This document shows, piece by piece, positions 1 through 13,560 of a stretch of 64,000 nt of DNA (within the stretch, counting starts at the first letter, position 1; each line of letters opens with the position of its first letter). Both the position numbers and the translations under genes were made by a program. The notes below the pieces were generated by a model. The model made no database searches and was not told the DNA's origin. It saw only the letters and a program-made list of their open reading frames with translations. Origin of the DNA: Escherichia coli (GTDB lineage: Bacteria > Pseudomonadota > Gammaproteobacteria > Enterobacterales > Enterobacteriaceae); NCBI RefSeq assembly GCF_041886205.1, contig NZ_CP169029.1; one strand, written 5' to 3'.

Positions 1-272
1 TTGACGGTCAGGGGGTATTTCTCGCTGGCGCAATGCTGGCCGCAGTGTGGCTGGCAGTCGCCAGTACCATGAAAGAACCGCCGTATGTCAGCAGTTTGCG
101 CATTGAAATCCCGGCGGACATTGCCGCAAACGAAGCGTTAAAAGTGCGTTTGCTGGAAACTGAAGGTGTCAAAGAAGTGTTGATTGCAGAAGAAGAACAT
201 TCAGCTTACGTGAAAATCGACAGCAAAGTGACGAATCGCTTTGAGATAGAACAGGCAATTCGTCAGGCATAA
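1..272 (+). CDS. yajR: C-terminal portion of MFS transporter YajR (5' end lies outside the window)
   Basis: ORF runs in from the window edge; its position next to yajQ/panE matches K-12 synteny; the translated tail is recognised from memory. Confidence 0.75.
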   Translation, partial: DGQGVFLAGAMLAAVWLAVASTMKEPPYVSSLRIEIPADIAANEALKVRLLETEGVKEVLIAEEEHSAYVKIDSKVTNRFEIEQAIRQA

Positions 273-399
273 AAAACGAGGCGAATTGCCTGCTGCGCTA
301 CGCTTACCAGGCCTACAAAGTTCTTGAGTTACAAACCGTTGTAGGCCGAATCAGGCGTTCATGCCGCATCTGACATGAACAAAACGCACATTGTCGCGA

Positions 400-891
400 T
401 TAATCGCGGAAGTTTTTGAACTGGAACGGCTGGCCGAGATCGCCACCACGTACCATCGCCATGACAGCCTGCAAATCATCACGAGATTTGCCAGTCACAC
501 GGATCTCATCGCCCTGAATTTGCGCCTGCACTTTCAGTTTGCTGTCTTTAATCATCTTGACGATTTTCTTCTGGGTCGCGCTCTCAATGCCCTGTTTCAG
601 TTTCGCTTCCACAAACCAGGTTTTACCGCTATGAACGATATTCTCCGGTACATCCAGTGAACTGCCTTCAATGCCGCGCTTCAGCAGCTTGGCACGCAGA
701 ATATCCAGCAACTGATTGACCTGGAAATCGGACTCGCTCAACACTTTGATGGTTTTGCTGGCGTCGTTCAGCTCAAATGAGGCTTCAACATTACGGAAGT
801 CAAAACGGGACTCCACTTCGCGGCTCGCGTTATCGACCGCGTTACGTGCTTCCTGAAGATCAACTTCAGAGACAATATCGAAAGATGGCAT
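400..891 (-). CDS. yajQ: YajQ, nucleotide-binding protein (163 aa)
   Basis: Translation from the internal ATG at 891 begins [19 protein letters not shown]; the longer ORF to 1059 has an implausible N-terminal extension. Confidence 0.92.
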
Positions 892-1058
892 CTTTTCCTC
901 TCCCTTCATTTTTGATGCGAAGCATAATACCTGCAAAGTTAAATAACCAACAGTCCTGCACCAGGACGTATCCCTTAATTGTGCATAGTCGCAACAGCAT
1001 GCACAATTAAGGGATAGCCTTATTGAACACCCGGAGTGGTTGCGGGTGAGGAGGAACA

Positions 1059-2523
<1,465 letters not shown>

Positions 2524-2576
2524 TGTCGGATGCGGCAAACGTCGCATCTGACCAGATGCGACGTAAAAACCACAAA

Positions 2577-4025
2577 TTATGGGCGATACACCTTCACATT
2601 GTTAAAGCCCTGCTCGCGCAGATAGAGCGCCTGCAGACGGCTCATCACCCCGCGCTCACACCACAGTAGCCAGGTTCTGTTCTGGTCGAGATCGCCAAAT
2701 TTGGTGCTCAGTTTATAGAACGGCAGAGAAACCACGTCGATACCTTCAACCTTCAGCGGCTTATCTTCCTGCTCATCGACAGAACGGATATCGAGGATCA
2801 CGTCGTTCGGGCCAAAGCCATTGACGGTTTCCACTTCCACCACTTCCTGCTCGGTCTGCTGGGCGATTTCGCGGATATCAACGTTATTCGCCTCCTCAAC
2901 CACTTTATCGAGAATACTGAAGTCGAACTTCTCTTCTTCCGCTTCAATCTTCGATTTAACCGCTTTCACCGTCGGGCTTTTGGAGATCACACCACAATAT
3001 TCCGGCATCGTGCGAGCAAAGTCTTCAGTGCCAATCTGGCGGGCCAGGTTGATGATGTGCTCTTTGTCGTAAGAAATCAGCGGACGCAGGATCAGCGTAT
3101 CAGAGACGTTATCAATCAGGCGCAGGTTGGTCAGCGTCTGACTGGACACCTGGCCGAGCGCTTCACCGGTGACCAGCGCCTGTACGCCGTAACGTTCTGC
3201 CACTTTAGACGCGGCACGCACCATCATACGTTTGAGGATAACGCCCATCTGACCGTCGTCGATTTTCTCGAGAATTTCCCCGACGACCGGTTCGAAATTA
3301 ATGGCGACAAAACGCACGCGGTGGGAGCTGCCAAAACGGTTCCACAGATAATGCGCCACCTGACGCACGCCAATTTCATGCGCCGCGCCGCCAAGGTTAA
3401 AGAAACAGTAATGCACGCGGCAGCCGCGACGCATCAACATATAACTGGAAACACCGGAGTCGAAACCACCGGAAATGAGCGACAGCACATCTTCCTGGGT
3501 GCCGATCGGGAAACCGCCAATACCTTCGTAGCGGCCTTTAATCAGCAGGAGACGATCGTCTTCCACTTCCAGATGAACAGTTACATCCGGGTTAGTCAGC
3601 TTCACGCGCGCGGATTCAATATGCTGATTTAAACCGCCGCCGACGTAACGTTCCACATCAATCGAGCTAAAATCATGTTTGCCACGGCGCTTCACGCGTA
3701 CGCAGAAGGTTTTGCCTTCCAGCTGATCGCGATACTGAACCAACGCTTTCTCAAAAATATCGTGCATGTCGGTAAACGGCACGTCTTCGACTTCGAGAAT
3801 ATGGTGGATACCCGGAATACGGGTCAGGGCGTCGCGAATAGCCAGACGCTGGTTTTCATCTTTTGCGCGAACTTCGATGTTATCCCAGTGGCGGACGACA
3901 GCGAGCGTCTCATCATAGTGCTTTAAAACGTTACGAATGTTCCCGGTAAGGATTTTTATAAAGCGCAAGCGCACAGATTGGCTTTTGATGGTGATTTCCG
4001 GGAACAATTTAATGATAAACTTCAT
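2577..4025 (-). CDS. thiI: tRNA 4-thiouridine synthase / thiamine biosynthesis sulfurtransferase ThiI
   Basis: 482 aa, [19 protein letters not shown]..., THUMP, PP-loop and C-terminal rhodanese organisation. Confidence 0.95.
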   Translation of the reverse strand: MKFIIKLFPEITIKSQSVRLRFIKILTGNIRNVLKHYDETLAVVRHWDNIEVRAKDENQRLAIRDALTRIPGIHHILEVEDVPFTDMHDIFEKALVQYRDQLEGKTFCVRVKRRGKHDFSSIDVERYVGGGLNQHIESARVKLTNPDVTVHLEVEDDRLLLIKGRYEGIGGFPIGTQEDVLSLISGGFDSGVSSYMLMRRGCRVHYCFFNLGGAAHEIGVRQVAHYLWNRFGSSHRVRFVAINFEPVVGEILEKIDDGQMGVILKRMMVRAASKVAERYGVQALVTGEALGQVSSQTLTNLRLIDNVSDTLILRPLISYDKEHIINLARQIGTEDFARTMPEYCGVISKSPTVKAVKSKIEAEEEKFDFSILDKVVEEANNVDIREIAQQTEQEVVEVETVNGFGPNDVILDIRSVDEQEDKPLKVEGIDVVSLPFYKLSTKFGDLDQNRTWLLWCERGVMSRLQALYLREQGFNNVKVYRP

Positions 4026-4230
4026 GGCGGTAATGGTTCGTTGGCAAGCCTTAAGCGACTTGTATAGGGAAAAATACAGCAGCCCACACCTGCGGCTGCA
4101 TCCAGGCGCGGAAGTATACCACTAACATCGCTTTGCTGCGCACATCACCTTACCATTGCGCGTTATTTGCTATTTGCCCTGAGTCCGTTACCATGACGGG
4201 GCGAAAAATATTGAGAGTCAGACATTCATT

Positions 4231-4473
4231 ATGCCGAAGAAAAATGAGGCTCCCGCCAGCTTTGAAAAGGCGCTGAGCGAGCTGGAACAGATTGTAACCC
4301 GTCTGGAAAGTGGCGACCTGCCGCTGGAAGAGGCGCTGAACGAGTTCGAACGCGGCGTGCAGCTGGCACGTCAGGGGCAGGCCAAATTACAACAAGCTGA
4401 ACAGCGCGTACAAATTCTGCTGTCTGACAATGAAGACGCCTCTCTAACCCCTTTTACACCGGACAATGAGTAA
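4231..4473 (+). CDS. xseB: Exodeoxyribonuclease VII small subunit
   Basis: 80 aa, [22 protein letters not shown]; its stop overlaps the ispA start. Confidence 0.95.
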
Positions 4474-5372
4474 TGGACTTTCCGCAGCAACTCGAAGCCT
4501 GCGTTAAGCAGGCCAACCAGGCGCTGAGCCGTTTTATCGCCCCACTGCCCTTTCAGAACACTCCCGTGGTCGAAACCATGCAGTATGGCGCATTATTAGG
4601 TGGTAAGCGCCTGCGACCTTTTCTGGTTTATGCCACCGGTCATATGTTCGGCGTTAGCACAAACACGCTGGACGCACCCGCTGCCGCCGTTGAGTGTATC
4701 CACGCTTACTCATTAATTCATGATGATTTACCGGCGATGGATGATGACGATCTGCGTCGCGGTTTGCCGACCTGCCATGTGAAGTTTGGCGAAGCAAACG
4801 CGATTCTCGCTGGCGACGCTTTACAAACGCTGGCGTTCTCGATTTTAAGCGATGCCGATATGCCGGAAGTGTCGGACCGCGACAGAATTTCGATGATTTC
4901 AGAACTGGCAAGCGCCAGCGGTATTGCCGGAATGTGCGGTGGTCAGGCATTAGATTTAGATGCGGAAGGCAAACACGTACCTCTGGACGCACTCGAGCGT
5001 ATTCATCGTCATAAAACCGGCGCATTGATTCGCGCCGCCGTTCGCCTTGGTGCATTAAGCGCCGGAGATAAAGGGCGTCGTGCTCTGCCAGTACTCGACA
5101 AGTACGCAGAGAGCATCGGCCTTGCCTTCCAGGTTCAGGATGACATCCTGGATGTGGTAGGAGATACTGCAACGTTGGGAAAACGCCAGGGTGCCGACCA
5201 GCAACTTGGTAAAAGTACCTACCCTGCACTTCTGGGTCTTGAGCAAGCCCGGAAGAAAGCCCGGGATCTGATCGACGATGCCCGTCAGTCGCTGAAACAA
5301 CTGGCTGAACAGTCACTCGATACCTCGGCACTGGAAGCGCTAGCGGACTACATCATCCAGCGTAATAAATAA
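4473..5372 (+). CDS. ispA: Farnesyl diphosphate synthase
   Basis: 299 aa with the two Asp-rich motifs (DDLPAMDDDDLRRG and FQVQDDILD). Confidence 0.95.
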   Translation: MDFPQQLEACVKQANQALSRFIAPLPFQNTPVVETMQYGALLGGKRLRPFLVYATGHMFGVSTNTLDAPAAAVECIHAYSLIHDDLPAMDDDDLRRGLPTCHVKFGEANAILAGDALQTLAFSILSDADMPEVSDRDRISMISELASASGIAGMCGGQALDLDAEGKHVPLDALERIHRHKTGALIRAAVRLGALSAGDKGRRALPVLDKYAESIGLAFQVQDDILDVVGDTATLGKRQGADQQLGKSTYPALLGLEQARKKARDLIDDARQSLKQLAEQSLDTSALEALADYIIQRNK

Positions 5373-5396
5373 ACAATAAGTATTAATAGGCCCCTG

Positions 5397-7259
5397 ATGA
5401 GTTTTGATATTGCCAAATACCCGACCCTGGCACTGGTCGACTCCACCCAGGAGTTACGACTGTTGCCGAAAGAGAGTTTACCGAAACTCTGCGACGAACT
5501 GCGCCGCTATTTACTCGACAGCGTGAGCCGTTCCAGCGGGCACTTCGCCTCCGGGCTGGGCACGGTCGAACTGACCGTGGCGCTGCACTATGTCTACAAC
5601 ACCCCGTTTGACCAATTGATTTGGGATGTGGGGCATCAGGCTTATCCGCATAAAATTTTGACCGGACGCCGCGACAAAATCGGCACCATCCGTCAGAAAG
5701 GCGGCCTGCACCCGTTCCCGTGGCGCGGCGAAAGCGAATATGACGTATTAAGCGTCGGGCATTCATCAACCTCCATCAGTGCCGGAATTGGTATTGCGGT
5801 TGCTGCCGAGAAAGAAGGCAAAAATCGCCGTACCGTCTGTGTAATCGGCGATGGCGCGATTACCGCAGGCATGGCGTTTGAAGCGATGAATCACGCGGGC
5901 GATATCCGTCCTGATATGCTGGTGGTCCTCAACGACAACGAAATGTCGATTTCCGAAAATGTCGGCGCGCTCAACAACCATCTGGCGCAGCTGCTTTCCG
6001 GTAAGCTTTACTCTTCACTGCGCGAAGGCGGGAAAAAAGTTTTCTCTGGCGTGCCACCCATTAAAGAGCTGCTCAAACGTACCGAAGAACATATTAAAGG
6101 CATGGTAGTCCCTGGCACGTTGTTTGAAGAGCTGGGCTTTAACTACATCGGCCCGGTTGACGGTCACGATGTGCTGGGGCTTATCACCACGCTGAAGAAC
6201 ATGCGTGACCTGAAAGGCCCGCAGTTCCTGCATATCATGACCAAAAAAGGTCGTGGTTATGAACCGGCAGAAAAAGACCCAATCACTTTCCACGCCGTGC
6301 CTAAATTTGATCCCTCCAGCGGTTGTTTGCCGAAAAGTAGCGGCGGTTTACCGAGCTATTCAAAAATCTTTGGCGACTGGTTGTGCGAAACGGCAGCGAA
6401 AGATAACAAGCTGATGGCGATTACTCCGGCGATGCGTGAAGGTTCCGGCATGGTCGAGTTTTCACGTAAATTCCCGGATCGCTACTTCGATGTGGCAATT
6501 GCCGAGCAACACGCCGTGACCTTTGCTGCGGGTCTGGCGATTGGTGGGTACAAACCCATTGTCGCGATTTACTCCACTTTCCTGCAACGCGCCTATGATC
6601 AGGTGCTGCATGACGTGGCGATTCAAAAGCTTCCGGTCCTGTTCGCCATCGACCGCGCGGGCATTGTTGGTGCTGACGGTCAAACCCATCAGGGTGCTTT
6701 TGATCTCTCTTACCTGCGCTGCATACCGGAAATGGTCATTATGACCCCGAGCGATGAAAACGAATGTCGCCAGATGCTCTATACCGGCTATCACTATAAC
6801 GATGGTCCGTCAGCGGTGCGCTACCCGCGTGGCAACGCGGTTGGCGTGGAACTGACGCCGCTGGAAAAACTACCAATTGGCAAAGGCATTGTGAAGCGTC
6901 GTGGCGAGAAACTGGCGATCCTTAACTTTGGTACGCTGATGCCAGAAGCGGCGAAAGTCGCCGAATCGCTGAACGCCACGCTGGTCGATATGCGTTTTGT
7001 GAAACCGCTTGATGAAGCGTTAATTCTGGAAATGGCCGCCAGTCATGAAGCACTGGTTACCGTAGAAGAAAACGCCATTATGGGCGGTGCAGGCAGCGGA
7101 GTGAACGAAGTGCTGATGGCCCATCGTAAACCAGTACCCGTGCTGAACATTGGCCTGCCGGACTTCTTTATTCCGCAAGGAACTCAGGAAGAAATGCGCG
7201 CCGAACTCGGCCTCGATGCCGCCGGTATGGAAGCCAAAATCAAGGCCTGGCTGGCATAA
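5397..7259 (+). CDS. dxs: 1-deoxy-D-xylulose-5-phosphate synthase
   Basis: 620 aa, [24 protein letters not shown]-dependent transketolase-like. Confidence 0.96.
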
Positions 7260-7289
7260 TCCCTACTCCACTCCTGCTATGCTTAAGAA

Positions 7290-7435
7290 ATTATTCATAG
7301 ACTCTAAATAATTCGAGTTGCAGGAAGGCGGCAAACGAGTGAAGCCCCAGGAGCTTACATAAGTAAGTGACTGGGGTGAACGAATGCAGCCGCAGCACAT
7401 GCAACTTGAAGTATGACGAGTATAGCGGGAGTGGC
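7290..7435. repeat. ERIC (enterobacterial repetitive intergenic consensus / IRU) element
   Basis: Contains GTGAAGCCCCAGGAGCTTACATAAGTAAGTGACTGGGGTGA and ...GCAGCACATGCAACTTGAAGTATGACG, matching the ERIC consensus as I recall it; imperfect palindrome in the dxs-yajO spacer. Boundaries approximate. Confidence 0.75.
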
Positions 7436-7438
7436 AGC

Positions 7439-8413
7439 ATGCAATACAACCCCTTAGGAAAAACCGACCTTCGCGTTTCCCGACTTTGCCTCGGCTGTAT
7501 GACCTTTGGCGAGCCAGATCGTGGTAATCACGCATGGACACTGCCGGAAGAGAGTAGCCGTCCCATCATTAAACGCGCGCTGGAAGGCGGCATAAATTTC
7601 TTTGATACCGCCAATAGCTATTCCGATGGCAGCAGCGAAGAGATCGTTGGTCGCGCACTGCGGGATTTCGCCCGTCGTGAAGACGTGGTCGTTGCGACGA
7701 AAGTGTTCCATCGCGTTGGTGATTTACCGGAAGGATTATCCCGTGCACATATTTTGCGCTCTATCGACGACAGCCTGCGCCGTCTCGGCATGGATTATGT
7801 CGATATCCTGCAAATTCATCGCTGGGATTACAACACGCCGATCGAAGAGACGCTGGAAGCCCTGAACGACGTGGTAAAAGCCGGGAAAGCGCGTTATATC
7901 GGCGCGTCATCCATGCACGCTTCGCAGTTTGCTCAGGCCCTGAAGCTACAAAAACAGCACGGCTGGGCGCAGTTTATCAGTATGCAGGATCACTACAATC
8001 TGATTTATCGCGAAGAAGAGCGCGAGATGCTGCCTCTGTGTTATCAGGAGGGCGTGGCGGTGATTCCGTGGAGCCCGCTGGCGCGGGGGCGACTGACGCG
8101 TCCGTGGGGAGAAACTACCGCACGACTGGTGTCTGATGAGGTGGGGAAAAATCTCTATAAAGAAAGCGATGAAAATGACGCGCAGATCGCAGAGCGGTTA
8201 ACGGGCGTCAGTGAAGAACTCGGTGCAACACGAGCACAAGTTGCGCTGGCCTGGTTGTTGAGTAAACCGGGCATTGCCGCACCGATTATCGGTACATCGC
8301 GGGAAGAACAACTTGATGAGCTGCTGAACGCGGTGGATATCACTTTGAAGCCAGAACAGATTGCCGAACTGGAAACGCCGTATAAACCGCATGCGGTCGT
8401 AGGATTTAAATAA
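7439..8413 (+). CDS. yajO: YajO, aldo-keto reductase family oxidoreductase (324 aa)
   Basis: Translation from the ATG at 7439 begins MQYNPLGKTDLRVSRLCLGCMTFG; the upstream part of the long ORF is ERIC sequence. Confidence 0.9.
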   Translation: MQYNPLGKTDLRVSRLCLGCMTFGEPDRGNHAWTLPEESSRPIIKRALEGGINFFDTANSYSDGSSEEIVGRALRDFARREDVVVATKVFHRVGDLPEGLSRAHILRSIDDSLRRLGMDYVDILQIHRWDYNTPIEETLEALNDVVKAGKARYIGASSMHASQFAQALKLQKQHGWAQFISMQDHYNLIYREEEREMLPLCYQEGVAVIPWSPLARGRLTRPWGETTARLVSDEVGKNLYKESDENDAQIAERLTGVSEELGATRAQVALAWLLSKPGIAAPIIGTSREEQLDELLNAVDITLKPEQIAELETPYKPHAVVGFK

Positions 8414-8420
8414 GAGTCCA

Positions 8421-8454
8421 GGCCTGATGAGACGTGACAAGCGTCACATCAGGC
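8421..8454. repeat. REP (palindromic unit) element
   Basis: GGCCTGATGAGACGTGACAAGCGTCACATCAGGC, a typical REP palindrome between the convergent yajO and pgpA. Confidence 0.7.
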
Positions 8455-8466
8455 ATCGGTGCACAA

Positions 8467-8985
8467 CTACGACAGAATACCCAGCGGCCAGTGATGACCG
8501 ATAAAGTACAGGATGCCTGCGGAAATCACCCCGGCGACAATATCGTCGATCATGATCCCCATGCCGCCATGTACATTGCGATCAAACCAGCGGATCGGCC
8601 ACGGCTTCCACATATCCAGAATACGGAAAATCACAAACCCGGCGGCAACCCACTGCCAGTCATTGGTCGGCAGCGCCATGAGCGTGATCCACATACCAAT
8701 AAATTCGTCCCAGACAATGCTGCCGTGATCGTGCACGCCCATATCTTTCGCCGTTTGATGACAAAGATAGACGCCGATACAGATCCCCAACATCACCACC
8801 AGCGAGTAGAGCTGCCAGGGTAAAAAGGTCATCAGATACCAGAACGGAATCGCTGCCAGCGATCCCATCGTGCCAGGAACGATTGGGCTTAATCCACTTC
8901 CGAATCCGACAGCAAGCAGATGCCACGGATTACTCATCTTCAGGCGACTTTTCGCGACATCTTTATGGCGTGGCAAAATGGTCAT
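8467..8985 (-). CDS. pgpA: Phosphatidylglycerophosphatase A
   Basis: 172 aa, [32 protein letters not shown]. Confidence 0.93.
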
Positions 8986-9940
8986 ATCCTTTCCAGTCTA
9001 ACGTAACAGGTTCGCCGTCACGAATAAAACAAAGCCCTTCGATATCGGCGGTCATTTGCCCGATACAGGTAAACGGTACGCCCAGGTGTCCGAGAGCCAC
9101 ATCCAGCGCGCCACGGTTCAGTTCCGGCACCGTGAAACACAACTCGTAATCTTCACCGCCAGAGAGCGCCCAGCGCAGCGCCTGTTCCGGTTCAACATGG
9201 CGAGAAAGCGCATCAGAAAACGGCAGCAATGCCAGGTCAATACGTGCGCCGCAGTCGCTGGCTTTCACGATATGCCCGAGATCGGAAATCAGACCGTCAG
9301 AGAGATCGATAGCTGAATTTGCCAGATCGCGCAGTGCCTGCCCCTGTAAAATACGCGGCGATGGACGGAGATGACGTTTGATCAAGTAGTCCGCATCTTT
9401 AGCATCGGCAACCTGCAAACGGTTTTGCAAAATCGCCAGCCCGGCGGCGCTATCGCCCGGTGTACCGGTCACATAGATCCAGTCACCCGGTTTCGCCCCA
9501 GAGCGCGTTAAGGCTCGTCCCATCGGAACAAAGCCGTGGATACCCAACGTCATTGATAATGGCCCACGCGTGGTATCGCCGCCAATGAGTTGCATATCGT
9601 AATAATTGAGAAGATCAAACAAACTGTCGCTGAAGGACTCAAGCCACGCTTCGTCTACGTCCGGCAAGGTTAATGCCAGCGTCAGCCAGGCCGGATCGGC
9701 CCCCATCGCTGCCAGATCGCTTAGGTTCACCGCCAGTGCTTTATAAGCCAGATCAGCAGGATCGATATCAGGGAGGAAATGGTTACCCGCCACCAGCGTA
9801 TCAGTGCTGATCGCCAGGGTCTGTTTCTCGGGGATATTGAGAAGTGCGCAATCGTCGCCGATGCCCAGTTCGACATCAAGACGAGAACTTCTTACACGGT
9901 CAAAATAACGGGCAATCAGGGAGAACTCGCCACATGCCAT
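8963..9940 (-). CDS. thiL: Thiamine-monophosphate kinase
   Basis: 325 aa, [13 protein letters not shown]...; 3' end overlaps the pgpA start. Confidence 0.94.
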
Positions 9941-10017
9941 ACGTTATGCCTCAGCAGGTAAAAAAGAAAAGGCCGGCGATCGCGGAACAGTCTTCCGTGA
10001 ATCTACCGGCCTGGATA

Positions 10018-10437
10018 TCACTTTTTGTTAGGGCGAATCACAGGTGCTGCTTTATCGAGTACGCCGTTGACGAACTTATGGCTGTCTTCTGCGCCGAACG
10101 ATTTCGCCAGTTCGATCGCTTCGTTAATGGCCACTTTGTATGGCACATCGCTACGTTTAGACAGCTCGTACAGCGCAATGCGCAGTACTGCTTTTTCTAC
10201 CTGTCCCAGTTCTTCCAGCAGGCGGGACAGGTATGGCTTCATCAGTCCGTCGAGGTATGCGGTGTTAGTCGCCACCCCGGCCAGCAGCTCACGGAAGTAC
10301 AGGACGTCAACGTCTTTTACATCCTGTTCAGCCAGGAACTGGTATTCAACATCAGCGATGTCGTTCTGGGACAACTGCCAGGAGTAGAGCGCCTGGACGG
10401 CACACTCACGAGCGCGGCGACGAGCAGCAGGTTTCAC
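10018..10437 (-). CDS. nusB: Transcription antitermination factor NusB
   Basis: 139 aa, [34 protein letters not shown]. Confidence 0.96.
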
Positions 10438-10456
10438 GGATTTCCCCTTACTAATT

Positions 10457-10927
10457 TCAGGCCTTGATGGCTTTCAATACATTAATCATTTCAAGCGCGG
10501 TCAGTGCAGCTTCTGCACCTTTGTTGCCAGCTTTGGTGCCAGCACGTTCGATCGCTTGTTCAATGCTTTCAGTGGTCAGAACCCCAAAAGCAACCGGAAT
10601 TTCGCTGTCCTGGGCAACATGCGCCAGGCCGTTGCTTGCACCACCAGCGACATATTCAAAGTGGGCAGTGCCACCACGAATAACCGTACCCAGCGCAATC
10701 ACCGCGTCGTATTTACCGGTTTTAGCCAGTGCACCCGCCGCCAGCGGCAGCTCATAGGCACCAGGCACCCAAACAACGGTAATGTTTTCATCTTTTACCT
10801 GACCGATACGTTTCAGTGCGTCAATTGCACCTTCCAGCAGGCTGTCATTGATAAAGTTGTTGAAACGCGCAATGGTGATGGCGACGCGAGCGTCCGGGGT
10901 AGCAACGTTAGCTTCAATAATGTTCAT
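10457..10927 (-). CDS. ribE: 6,7-dimethyl-8-ribityllumazine synthase (156 aa)
   Basis: Translation from the internal ATG at 10927 begins [23 protein letters not shown]; the longer ORF extension is implausible. Confidence 0.93.
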
Positions 10928-11015
10928 TTTCTTCCTTTGGGTTCGATTATGGCCCCGCAGGGGGGCGGATTTTAGCATAATATTTCGTGCGCTGCTTCCC
11001 TTTCTAGCCGGGAGA

Positions 11016-12119
11016 TCATGCACCCACTAAATGCAGGCAAACATCCGGGCCTACATGACGTATCTCTTTGAATTTAAATTGGGGGGCGTCAGCTAATTTC
11101 TCAAGCCCTGGCAGTGTGCATAATCCACGGGCGTCGCTGCCTAATAGTTTAGGTGCGATATAGACAATCAGCTCATCGACTAAACCCGCCTGCAGCAATG
11201 CGCCAGCGAACGTTGGCCCCGCTTCCACCCAGATGCTGTTAATCTGCTGTTTACCCAGTTGCATCATCAGTACAACCAGATCCAGATGACCTTTATGCTC
11301 TGGAATCAGCAAGGTACGCACCGTTTCCGGCCACTCACGAGAATCTTCCTGCGTACGCGCGAACCAGGTTTCGCCGGGCTGCTGCACAATGTGATGTTCC
11401 GGCGTCACGCGATTTTGGCTATCAATCACAATACGTACCGGCTGGCGGAGATTTTGTTGCGGGTAGAGCGCCTGAGTTTGTTCATCCAGTTCAGACCAAC
11501 GCACTGTTAAGGCTGGATCATCCGCCAGCACCGTGGCGCTGCTGGTTAAAATGGCATGACTTTGCGCGCGCAGTCGTTGTACATCACGCCGCGCCTGGGG
11601 CGAAGTGATCCACTGGCTTTCGCCGCTCGCCATCGCCGTGCGACCATCAAGCGATGCGCCAAGTTTTAACTGAATATAAGGAAAGCCGGTGCGCATCCGC
11701 TTGAGAAAGCCTTTATTCAATTGCTCGGCTTCACTCATCATCAGGCCGTGGCTGACGTCAATGCCAGCCTGTTGCAGACGGTAAAGTCCACGCCCAGCGA
11801 CCTGCGGGTTAGGATCTTGCATCGAGGCAACCACGCGCGCTACGCCAGCGGCGATGAGTGCGTCACAGCACGGTGGCGTACGACCATGATGGCTACAGGG
11901 TTCGAGTGTGACATAGGCGGTCGCACCTTTGGCTTTTTCACCCGCCATACGCAACGCGTGTACTTCGGCATGTGGTTCACCCGCTCGTTGGTGGTAACCT
12001 TCACCGACAATTTCGCCATCTTTGACGATGACGCACCCGACATTCGGGTTGGGGTGGGTGGTAAAACGTCCTCGTTGCGCCAGCTTTAGCGCCCGCGCCA
12101 TGTAATACTCGTCCTGCAC
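11016..12119 (-). CDS. ribD: Bifunctional riboflavin biosynthesis deaminase/reductase
   Basis: 367 aa; CMP/dCMP deaminase zinc motif (HAEVHAL ... [11 protein letters not shown]) followed by a reductase domain. Confidence 0.95.
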
Positions 12120-12122
12120 GGC

Positions 12123-12608
<486 letters not shown>

Positions 12609-12722
12609 TTACCCTGAACTGACGATACAACAAAGGCGCAACGCTTTTGAGATAAAGGATCGATGCTTTCGCTGCTTTTACCCTCTACCATTAGGCTAAT
12701 TGCGACGAGAAAGGGACGACCT

Positions 12723-13262
12723 ATGAATACTAACGTTTTTCGACTGCTCCTGCTGGGAAGCCTGTTCAGCCTTAGCGCCTGTGTGCAGCAGAGCGAAGTG
12801 CGACAGATGAAACACAGCGTCAGCACGCTGAACCAAGAGATGACGCAACTCAATAAAGAAACGGTCAAAATCACTCAGCAAAACAGGCTGAATGCAATAT
12901 CCAGCAGTGGGGTTTACCTTCTGCCTGGAGCGAAAACACCGGCAAGACTGGAAAGCCAGATCGGTACTTTACGTATGTCGCTGGTGAATATTACGCCTGA
13001 TACAGATGGCACCACCCTGACGCTACGTATTCAGGGCGAGTCGAATGATCCCTTGCCCGCATTCAGCGGAACTGTTGAATATGGGCAAATTCAGGGAACA
13101 ATAGACAACTTTCAGGAAATCAATGTGCAGAATCAATTGATTAATGCCCCTGCCAGCGTCCTCGCCCCCAGCGATGTTGATATTCCATTACAGTTAAAGG
13201 GGATTTCTGTGGATCAGTTAGGCTTTGTACGTATCCACGACATTCAACCTGTTATGCAGTAA
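12723..13262 (+). CDS. yajI: Lipoprotein YajI (179 aa)
   Basis: Translation MNTNVFRLLLLGSLFSLSAC from the ATG at 12723 carries a lipobox (LSAC); divergent from nrdR. Confidence 0.88.
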   Translation: MNTNVFRLLLLGSLFSLSACVQQSEVRQMKHSVSTLNQEMTQLNKETVKITQQNRLNAISSSGVYLLPGAKTPARLESQIGTLRMSLVNITPDTDGTTLTLRIQGESNDPLPAFSGTVEYGQIQGTIDNFQEINVQNQLINAPASVLAPSDVDIPLQLKGISVDQLGFVRIHDIQPVMQ

Positions 13263-13560
13263 ACGTATTTCGGGGCGATTTTGTGCGTCCCGCAACATCT
13301 TTCCCCGTCATTTTGTTACTCCGCTTACATCACCCAGATTGATAGTAAAAGTTTGCAACAAGGGTGAAAGTCAGTACAATCCCAGCCCGAATGTGTGTAA
13401 ACGTGAACGCAATCGATTACGTAAATGATAGAACTGTGAAACGAAACATATTTTTGTGAGCAATGATTTTTATAATAGGCTCCTCTGTATACGAAATATT
13501 TAGAAACGCAATTTGCGCCTTTTTCACTCCCGCAAGGGATTTTCAAACAGTGGCATACAT

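Noticed and set aside
777-1010. 77-aa plus-strand ORF in the yajQ-panE spacer
   Set aside because: It overlaps the yajQ 5' end on the opposite strand and the 17-bp palindrome, has no ribosome-binding site, and has a basic low-complexity composition typical of a chance ORF.
2540-2562. Hairpin CGTCGCATCTGaccaGATGCGACG between yajL and thiI, considered as a bidirectional terminator
   Set aside because: Perfect stem but no flanking T/A run on either strand; more consistent with a REP-like palindrome, so not called as a terminator.
4654-5331. 225-aa ORF antisense to ispA
   Set aside because: Shadow ORF on the opposite strand of a confidently identified gene; Arg/Pro-rich composition typical of antisense reading of GC-rich coding DNA.
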